Virus record (IMG/VR): IMGVR_UViG_3300023210_000013
Span: 1-64,000 of that record
Source of the DNA: a virus
Length of the DNA: 64,000 nt
Reading direction: 5' to 3' (one strand)
Each line of letters starts with the position of its first letter. Position 1 is the first letter of the stretch. A program made the position numbers and the translations under genes. Shown in pieces: positions 8,187-16,100 of the stretch. The notes beneath the pieces were generated by a model, which ran no database searches, was not told where the DNA came from, and saw nothing but the letters and a program-made list of their open reading frames with translations.

Positions 8187-9167
8187 ATGAACAAAGACAT
8201 TTTTAGTCCCAGGGTAAATATATTGCCCTATGAGTACCCTCAGTTATTAGCATATAAAGATGCTATTAGACATTCTTATTGGATAGATACTGAGTTTAAT
8301 TTTACAGAAGATATTCAAGACTTTAAAGTCACTATATCAAAAGAAGAAAGAGATGTCATTAAAAAGACTATGTTGGCCATTGCTCAAATAGAAGTTAATG
8401 TAAAAACTTTTTGGGCAGACCTTTATAAGAGAATGCCTATTACTGAAGTGGGTGATGTTGGGATGACATTTGCTGAATCTGAAGTAAGACATAAAGATGC
8501 TTACGCTAGGTTGCTTAGAATACTAGGACTTGAAAAAGAATTCCAAACTGTTATTGATGTACCGGCTATTGCAGGTAGACTTAAGTACTTAAAGAAGTAC
8601 CTAAATGGTACACGTTCTAAAGATAACAAGATGTATACTAAATCAGTGCTGTTATTTTCTTTATTTATAGAGCACGTAAGTTTGTTTAGTCAGTTCTTAA
8701 TCATGATGAGCTTTAACAAAGAAAAGAATGTCTTTAAAGGTATATCTAATGTTGTTGAGGCAACATCAAAAGAAGAAGATATCCACGGTAACTTTGGTGC
8801 TGAACTTATTAATATCATTAAAAAAGAAAACCCTGAGTGGTTTGATGAAGAGTTTGAGGAATTAATTTATTCTGCATGTAGAAAAGCTTATAGAGCTGAA
8901 TGTGGTATACTAGACTGGATCTTTGAACAAGGTGAACTTAGCTTTTTACCACAAAATACAATACAGCATTTTATTAAAAATAGATTTAACAACTCACTAG
9001 AAAAGATAGGTATGAAACCAATCTTTGAAGTTGACTTAGAACTATTAAAGTCCACTGAGTGGTTTGATATAGAAATACTAGGAACCAAAGAAGGAGACTT
9101 CTTTTATAAGAAGAGTGTGGATTACAACAAGAAAAGCAAGAGCATCACAGAAGATGACTTATTTTAA
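8187..9167 (+). CDS. nrdB: ribonucleotide reductase class I beta subunit (NrdBi / class Id-like)
   Basis: Ferritin-like ligands E69, E99xxH102, Y106, FIEHVSLF and EEDIH; K73 follows the first ligand; C-terminal DFF..K.VDY. Confidence 0.95.
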   Translation: MNKDIFSPRVNILPYEYPQLLAYKDAIRHSYWIDTEFNFTEDIQDFKVTISKEERDVIKKTMLAIAQIEVNVKTFWADLYKRMPITEVGDVGMTFAESEVRHKDAYARLLRILGLEKEFQTVIDVPAIAGRLKYLKKYLNGTRSKDNKMYTKSVLLFSLFIEHVSLFSQFLIMMSFNKEKNVFKGISNVVEATSKEEDIHGNFGAELINIIKKENPEWFDEEFEELIYSACRKAYRAECGILDWIFEQGELSFLPQNTIQHFIKNRFNNSLEKIGMKPIFEVDLELLKSTEWFDIEILGTKEGDFFYKKSVDYNKKSKSITEDDLF

Positions 9168-9178
9168 AAATTAATACA

Positions 9179-9322
9179 ATGTCAGAAAGTACACAAACAA
9201 ATGGTAACACCCAACTAAACAATGAAAGAGGAAACTTTAATCAAAGAGTTTCTAAATTTTCAATGTTGGGTAAATCCAAAAAAGTCCAATGGGACGGTAA
9301 AAGAAGAAACAGAACAATATAA
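9179..9322 (+). CDS. hypothetical 47-aa basic protein between nrdB and nrdA
   Basis: MSESTQTNGNTQLNNERGNFNQRVSKFSMLGKSKKVQWDGKRRNRTI; fills the intergenic gap. Confidence 0.55.
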   Translation: MSESTQTNGNTQLNNERGNFNQRVSKFSMLGKSKKVQWDGKRRNRTI

Positions 9323-9331
9323 AAAACTAAC

Positions 9332-10957
9332 ATGGAATATAATAACTATTACTGGCTGAATGAAGACAGCCGTACATTTTTATCAAGGGGGTATATAACA
9401 GAAACCCCTGAACAAAGAATCAAAGACATTGCTATTAAAGCAGAAAAGTATTTGAATATAAAAGGATTTGCAGAAAAGTTTGAACACTACATGGCCAAAG
9501 GGTATTACTCTTTGTCTACCCCGGTGTGGATTAACTTTGGTAAAGCAAAAGGATTACCTATCAGTTGTTACGGATCTAACGTAGATGACAACTTGGACAG
9601 TATATTAAATGCTGGCCGTGAAATTGGAATGATGTCTAAGTATGGAGGTGGAACTTCAGCTTACTTAGGAAACATTAGAGAAAGAGGTGCTCCTATTTCT
9701 ACAGGAGGATTTGCAGATGGACCAATTCATTATGCTAAGATATATGATACTGTGGTAGATGTATGTAAACAATCTGAAGCAAGACGTGGAGCATGTGCAG
9801 TGTACTTACCTGTAGAGCATGCTGACATTTTAGAGTTTTTAGATATTGGGACAGATGGTAATCCTATTCAAAACCTTCAATATGGTGTCACAGTTGGTGA
9901 TGCCTGGATGGAAGAGATGAAAGCAGGGGACAAAAGCAAACGTAAAGTTTGGGCCAAGATCATTCAAAATAGAAGTGAGATTGGTTTTCCATACATAATG
10001 TTTAAAGATAATTCTAATAATAATTCTCCTTATAAAGAGTTAGGACTAGAGATCACTGCTTCAAACCTATGTTCTGAAATACAATTACCTACAGACAGTT
10101 ATAATTCTTTTGTTTGTTGCTTAGGATCCATTAACCTGTTACACTGGGATGAGATTAAAGAAACAGATGCTGTAGAAACATATGTGTATTTTCTTAATGC
10201 AGTAATGGATGAGTTTATTATTAAGGCAGAAACAATGCCCGGTATGAAGAGAGCTTATAATTTTGCAAAAAATCACAGAGCTGTTGGTCTAGGTGTTATG
10301 GGTTACCATTCATTATTTCAATCTAAGCTTATTGAGTTTGACTCACTACAAGCTAAAGGTTTAAACAGTGAAATATTTAGAACTCTTAAAGACAGAAGTG
10401 AAATAGCATCAAGAAAGTTACATACAGAACACGGATACAATTCTATTAGGGATGGTTATGCTAACACAACCTTAATTGCCATTGCTCCAACTAAATCTAG
10501 TTCGTTCATTCACGGGGCTGTAAGTATGGGTATTGAGCCTATTAAGTCTAATTACTTTATCAAAGATCTTGCTAAGTCTAAAACGGTGTATAAGAATCCT
10601 TTCTTAGAAGCTCAGTTAGAAAAGCATGGTTTAAATAATACTAAGACTTGGCAATCTATACTTAAGAAAGATGGAAGTGTACAACACTTAGACTTTCCTA
10701 ATAAAGAAGTGTTTAAATCTTTTGTTGAAATATCTCCTAAAGAAATTGTATTACAAGCGGCTCAAAGACAAAAGTATATTGACCAGTCACAGTCATTAAA
10801 CTTAATGATAGATCCATCTGTCTCAGCTAAAGATATAAATAAGTTATATATGTATGCTTGGGAAGAAGGTGTAAAGACTTTGTATTATCAGTTTAGTAAA
10901 AGTAGTGCTCAGGATTTTGCACGTAATATATTAGAATGCTCTAGTTGTGAAGGTTAA
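9332..10957 (+). CDS. nrdA: ribonucleotide reductase class I alpha subunit (short, no ATP cone)
   Basis: PISCY, SNLCSEI, FVCCLGS, AIAPT, DQSQSLN, KTLYY and C-terminal CSSCEG. Confidence 0.95.
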   Translation: MEYNNYYWLNEDSRTFLSRGYITETPEQRIKDIAIKAEKYLNIKGFAEKFEHYMAKGYYSLSTPVWINFGKAKGLPISCYGSNVDDNLDSILNAGREIGMMSKYGGGTSAYLGNIRERGAPISTGGFADGPIHYAKIYDTVVDVCKQSEARRGACAVYLPVEHADILEFLDIGTDGNPIQNLQYGVTVGDAWMEEMKAGDKSKRKVWAKIIQNRSEIGFPYIMFKDNSNNNSPYKELGLEITASNLCSEIQLPTDSYNSFVCCLGSINLLHWDEIKETDAVETYVYFLNAVMDEFIIKAETMPGMKRAYNFAKNHRAVGLGVMGYHSLFQSKLIEFDSLQAKGLNSEIFRTLKDRSEIASRKLHTEHGYNSIRDGYANTTLIAIAPTKSSSFIHGAVSMGIEPIKSNYFIKDLAKSKTVYKNPFLEAQLEKHGLNNTKTWQSILKKDGSVQHLDFPNKEVFKSFVEISPKEIVLQAAQRQKYIDQSQSLNLMIDPSVSAKDINKLYMYAWEEGVKTLYYQFSKSSAQDFARNILECSSCEG

Positions 10958-11213
10958 TAAAAAATTACTTAAGTTATTAGCTTATACAAATAAGCTTACA
11001 ACATATCAAAAGATTGCATCCCGTATAGGTTATATGGGTGCAGGCTTTTTGATTGCAGCTCAATGGACTTTAGAACCTGCTTTATTTATAGTAGGGTTTA
11101 TTTTTGTAATAGTGCAAACATCATCCAGGAAACAATGGAATTTAGTTGTGTTGAACTTAAATGGTTTGATTGCTTGGACTGTGCATTTTATACAAACTTA
11201 TTTAGCACAGTAA
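10947..11213 (+). CDS. small 3-TM membrane protein
   Basis: GTG start overlapping the nrdA end; three hydrophobic segments; RKQWNLVVLN. Confidence 0.6.
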   Translation: MKVNKKLLKLLAYTNKLTTYQKIASRIGYMGAGFLIAAQWTLEPALFIVGFIFVIVQTSSRKQWNLVVLNLNGLIAWTVHFIQTYLAQ

Positions 11214-11612
11214 TTAAAATTGAGAAGATTTTTTTGCATCTTGAATAGCTTCTTTTAATTCAGGTAGTTCAACCGGGCATAAAAAATCTAAACTTGCTTT
11301 AAATGTAGTTTCAAGAACACCATCAACAAATATCATAATTGTTGGTGTTGTTCTTACTCTATATTTTTTTTTGCTTGATGGAGAATCAGCAATGTTACAT
11401 CTATAATATTTAACTCCTGTTAGTTTTTCCCAACCTTGAAAGGCATTATGCTTATTAAAGTCAGCATAAAACTCCACAATTATAACAGAAGTTGCATCAC
11501 TAAATTTATCTTTTCCACTAACCTTAGATTCAAAATTTGCATCAGTAATGTACTCTTGACTATATGTTGTAAAAGAAATTAATAGTATTATAAAAGTTAA
11601 TAGCTTTTTCAT
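11214..11612 (-). CDS. exported thioredoxin-fold protein lacking CxxC
   Basis: Signal peptide MKKLLTFIILLISFTTYSQ; ITDANFE, IVEFYADFN and KYRVRTTPTIMIF.DG motifs. Confidence 0.75.
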   Translation of the reverse strand: MKKLLTFIILLISFTTYSQEYITDANFESKVSGKDKFSDATSVIIVEFYADFNKHNAFQGWEKLTGVKYYRCNIADSPSSKKKYRVRTTPTIMIFVDGVLETTFKASLDFLCPVELPELKEAIQDAKKSSQF

Positions 11613-11617
11613 AATGA

Positions 11618-11902
11618 TTAAGGTTTCTTACTTATCTCATATACTCTTTCTTCCATTTTATCAAATTTCCGTAAAAGCATTTCAACATCTTTTTGGGTAT
11701 CCATAATAGCTTCTCTAATTGCCTCATCCTTCATATCAAACTCAATACGTTGAATTGTGGGTTCTGGTAATTTTTTTGCTTCTGCTATATCAGCTTGTAA
11801 TACAAAATACATGCTTGATAATGACACCACACCTCCTATAATAATACCTAATGTTTTTAAATCTAAAGTTACTTTAGTATTCTCTCCTATTTCTTTACTC
11901 AT
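11618..11902 (-). CDS. single-TM coiled-coil protein
   Basis: TM LGIIIGGVVSLSSMYFVL followed by a coiled coil. Confidence 0.7.
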   Translation of the reverse strand: MSKEIGENTKVTLDLKTLGIIIGGVVSLSSMYFVLQADIAEAKKLPEPTIQRIEFDMKDEAIREAIMDTQKDVEMLLRKFDKMEERVYEISKKP

Positions 11903-11911
11903 TGTAATTTA

Positions 11912-13093
11912 TTATTTAATAGTATAGTTTATACCAAAAGTTGTTTGAAATAGTTTGCTGTCCCACATTTTTGTAAATTCTCCTTCCATAAATACACCAA
12001 AGTTTTTTCCTACTTTCCAACCTAAAGAAGCACCAAAAGAATAATCAATCCACTGCTCTGGTTCAGCATCTGTTTTTAAACCGCCTATACCCCAATTATT
12101 TCTATTAAGGTAAGTTGCTCTTTCATCTCCTTGTATATATCTATGATAGGGTAGTATATAATTACCGTATGCGTGTACCCAAAAGTTATTTTCATAATGA
12201 TAAAAATCAAAACCAACAATAGGAGCTATCTCACCAAATGCAGATAGTGCATTCCATCTTTCTTGATTATATCTATTCATTAAATCTGTAAAAATAGTTT
12301 CTCTAAACTCTAAGTCAGTATCAGCAACTCTTACTCCATTGGGATCAATCCAGTACCAGTCATTAGTTGTATCACCATTTTCATCTGTTTCTGTATAAAA
12401 GATATCATCATAACCATAATCAAACCCTAAAGTATACCAAGGGTTTACCGGATTACCATTAACATCTGTTTCATTTAACCATATTTCTATAGGATTATAA
12501 CCGTAAGGTCTGTCATGTCTTCTATAGACAGCACCGGCAGATATGCTAAACTTATTACCAATAGGTAGTCTAGCTCTTACTTCAGCAGATTGATACTTTA
12601 AATTAATTGTTCCTACTTCTCTTGACTCAGCTTTAACTATATGATACTTACCTGTGTGTTTTAAAAACACTCTGTGATTTTTATACTCAATTCCACGGAA
12701 CCTTTCTCTTTCAATATGGAATTGATATTCTAAACCTTGTATAGCTGAAGAAGGTGCTGAAAATGCCAGTTGGTTTTCTGTGCCATCATAAAAGTTTTTG
12801 GGTTTTCTTTCATAATCAAAACGTGCTAGTTTACGTATACCAAAACCTATACGGTAATCAAATGGATATTTAATTGTGTTATCCTCTACTCTAGGAATAG
12901 AATAGATACTACCATCATTATTTGTTCTAACAAAATAACTACGTTCTTTTTCTTCTACAGAATTAGAAACATCTCCTGATCCATATATAGTTCCATACTT
13001 AAGAAAGTCATGAGTAAGATCTTTAAAGAAAGTTTTTTGTGCTGATGCATTTAAAGAAAATAATAAAAATAACAGACCAACGTAATACTTCAT
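11912..13093 (-). CDS. putative outer-membrane beta-barrel protein
   Basis: Signal peptide ending SLNASA-Q; alternating aromatic beta strands; C-terminal beta-signal-like QTTFGINYTIK. Confidence 0.7.
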   Translation of the reverse strand: MKYYVGLLFLLFSLNASAQKTFFKDLTHDFLKYGTIYGSGDVSNSVEEKERSYFVRTNNDGSIYSIPRVEDNTIKYPFDYRIGFGIRKLARFDYERKPKNFYDGTENQLAFSAPSSAIQGLEYQFHIERERFRGIEYKNHRVFLKHTGKYHIVKAESREVGTINLKYQSAEVRARLPIGNKFSISAGAVYRRHDRPYGYNPIEIWLNETDVNGNPVNPWYTLGFDYGYDDIFYTETDENGDTTNDWYWIDPNGVRVADTDLEFRETIFTDLMNRYNQERWNALSAFGEIAPIVGFDFYHYENNFWVHAYGNYILPYHRYIQGDERATYLNRNNWGIGGLKTDAEPEQWIDYSFGASLGWKVGKNFGVFMEGEFTKMWDSKLFQTTFGINYTIK

Positions 13094-13133
13094 ATTTAAT
13101 AGTTTTAAAAGGTTGTACGTTGGTTTGTACAGA

Positions 13134-13148
13134 TATAATATACTAAAA
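13134..13148 (-). promoter_or_regulatory. conserved phage promoter motif
   Basis: - strand TTTTAGTATATTATA, 40 nt upstream of 13093. Confidence 0.6.
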
Positions 13149-13167
13149 ATTATTTTTATATGAAAGA

Positions 13168-16100
13168 TTAATCTCCAATATAAAAGCTTCTAGTTTGAAT
13201 CATATCTTCCCATTTCTTAATTTCATATAAGATTGGAACTATATCCATAATTTCTTTCTTTATTTTCATTTGATCAGCTCTGTAACCTCTTTGATAATAT
13301 ACATCCTTATTACCATACCAATCTTCATCATTACCCGTAATAGCATATCTTAAACCTGCAGTACCAAGATCCCAAGTCTTATCCATTACATTTCCAAATT
13401 CTCCTAATGCTTTAGTTGCAGCAAAAGGACTTTCAAAAAATGCAAGCGCATCAGACATTCCTAATAAAGGAATAAACAATTGTAGTTCATCTCTAGCTCT
13501 AGTAGCTTGATACAATGATAAATTCTTTAATCTTTTTACTAAATCACTATCATCATCATCGTCTTTCCATATACCTCTTAGAGTACTAATAATTGTAAGA
13601 ATAGAAATTAAAATTGCTAATTCAGCATTAGTTCTATGTACGTTTAAAGCAGCATTAATAAACTTTTCATCATTCTGAGAACCGTCATTTTTAAAACCTT
13701 TACCTCCTTTTGTAGAAGACTCCATCCAGCTTTGCATCATTGACTTTTCTTTTTCTTTATTTTTTGCTACATTTTTAACAAAGTATAAAACAAAATTAGC
13801 CCAAGAGTTATAACGGCCTTCCATCCATCCTAGATTTTCATCATAGTATCTTTTTTGATATCTAGCTCTAATAGCAGGTACAACCCACTTATGAAATTGT
13901 GCTAGTAATTTACCCCAAGTATGAACTTGAATTACCATTCTATCTTCATGAGCATAGTTACCGTGAATTTGTTTATTAACTTCACGGATCTTCATTCTTA
14001 TATCATATCTTACTTTATCAGTAAAACTTCCTGTTTCAGTATAGATAAGATTACCCCCTGCATCTTTTGCACTTATGTTTCCTTTAAACATTTTACCAAA
14101 AGTTGGTACATCTTTTTTAATTTTAACCATAGTTGTGAAACCTTCTTTCATAACTAATTTTTGATTTGCATCATCAAAATCAAATGCATCAAATAAAGTT
14201 GATAGCTCACCGGTTGCAGGATTAAGTATATACGTATCCATAAGCAAAGCCATTCCAACTTTAGTCTGAACATTATATTCAGCTGCATCTTGAAATACAT
14301 AACCTACATTTGCAAATCTTTGGAAGTAACTTACATAGTCTCCTTGTTGACCTTGTTCTCTAATATCTGATGAAGAATCCATCATTCTAAATAAATCTAC
14401 AAAAGCTTCATACTTACTAATAGGTTGATACGGATCATATTTAGTTCCTGTAGTTTTTTTAGCAACAGCATGTGCTGTTCTATTCCACATATCTTGAAGA
14501 GCTCTTTTATTAAATTCTTTAGAAGCTCTCATATAAGCATCTCTACTAAAGAATCTTTGACCCATCATTTCTATACCATTGTTAATCCTACCTAATACGT
14601 AGTTATTAAAGTTACCAAAAACATTAAATCCTACATAAGATAATGAACTGTATGCTAGCAACTTATCTACAGCTTTTTCAACCATACCTTTAGTTACTTC
14701 AGCATTGTTGTAAAAGACCATATTCATAAAAGCCCTTGCATGCTTGGCATTATTAGAATCTTTTCCTGGTGCTAAAGCTTCTACATCATTACCTTTCTTA
14801 CCAAATGTAGAAGAGAACTTTGCAGAAATCATTTTTTTATACTTAGACTTTGCAGGTTCTTTATACTTTCTATCTTCTATAACTTTAACAAAAGCAAGTA
14901 ATGTATCTTCTATACTAGTCATTGACTCATAAGTCTGAGCCATTACACTAAACTTCAACATCGTACTTACTACATCCCAACTTAACTCTTCAGCTTTTGG
15001 TTTACTTCTTAAAGCAATTTCTTTAGATTGTAATACTCTTAACTCTGATTCAAATTCACTTGATCCAATTTTATCATCTGCATAATCTTGTTTTAAATCA
15101 ACAATATCTTGTTGAATTTTTTCAACTGCCGCTTCATCTTTTAAAGATCCAACAAACATTATTGGTAATGAATCTATAACCTCCCCGTTTTCATCTACAT
15201 TAACTCTACTTAACCTTGTAGTTTCTGTAAAGAAATCCTTCATGCTTTGTTTTTGACGTGCTACATAAGATGTAACTACATTTGGATTCTTAGAAAGTTG
15301 TGTCATTAATTTACCTTGAACTCTAGGTGTTTTACCTAGCATAAAGTCTCTTACGTTTTCAGGAAGTTGTTTTAACATTCCGTTTTCATATTGCTCTTTA
15401 ACTACCAAGTAAAAAGATTTTCTAGCCATAGCTAAAGCATCATTAGGATCAGCTTCCATAATAGCTATATACTTATCACTACGTAGATCTATAGTCTCAC
15501 CATCAACAACTGTTATAGGACGTGCTTCTGTAAACTTTTTATCAGGAAACCAATTTCTTTTTTCTGCAACCATTCCGGTTGGTACACCATCAATTAATAC
15601 AGGTGAGTTGTATATAACAGTATTTCCATACTTAGCTTGAAATTCTGCTATCTGCTCATCAGTTATACCAGCTTTAAATTCCCATATACCAAAATCACCC
15701 AACGGTAAATACTCTTGATATTGTGATCTAATTTCTTTCCACTCTTCTGTAAACTTATGGAAGTCACCATCTGTTGGTGTAAGACCAAACATACCAGCTG
15801 GAGTTTCAGGACTTTTAAAAGCACTAAATGCTTTTTTCTTATAGTATAAATCTTTATTAAATGCTATGTCTGCTTTATCAGCGGTTTTAACATCCAGTAT
15901 TTCTTTATACTGTAATGGCACACCGTCTCCATCAACTGTTTCATTATACAATGCATCATATAGATCAGTATATTTTTGACCTAATTCAACAACATATCTA
16001 CCAGTATGATTACCGTCTTTATCAGTTTCTATTATAAACTCAAAAATTTCTTTATCATTTTTACCTGGAGATAACTTTCTTAAGTAAGCTCCGGCAGCAA

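Noticed and set aside
3387-11248. Track ORFs 3387..3701, 7129..7407, 8888..9088 and 11063..11248
   Set aside because: They overlap better-supported genes on the other strand or frame almost completely.
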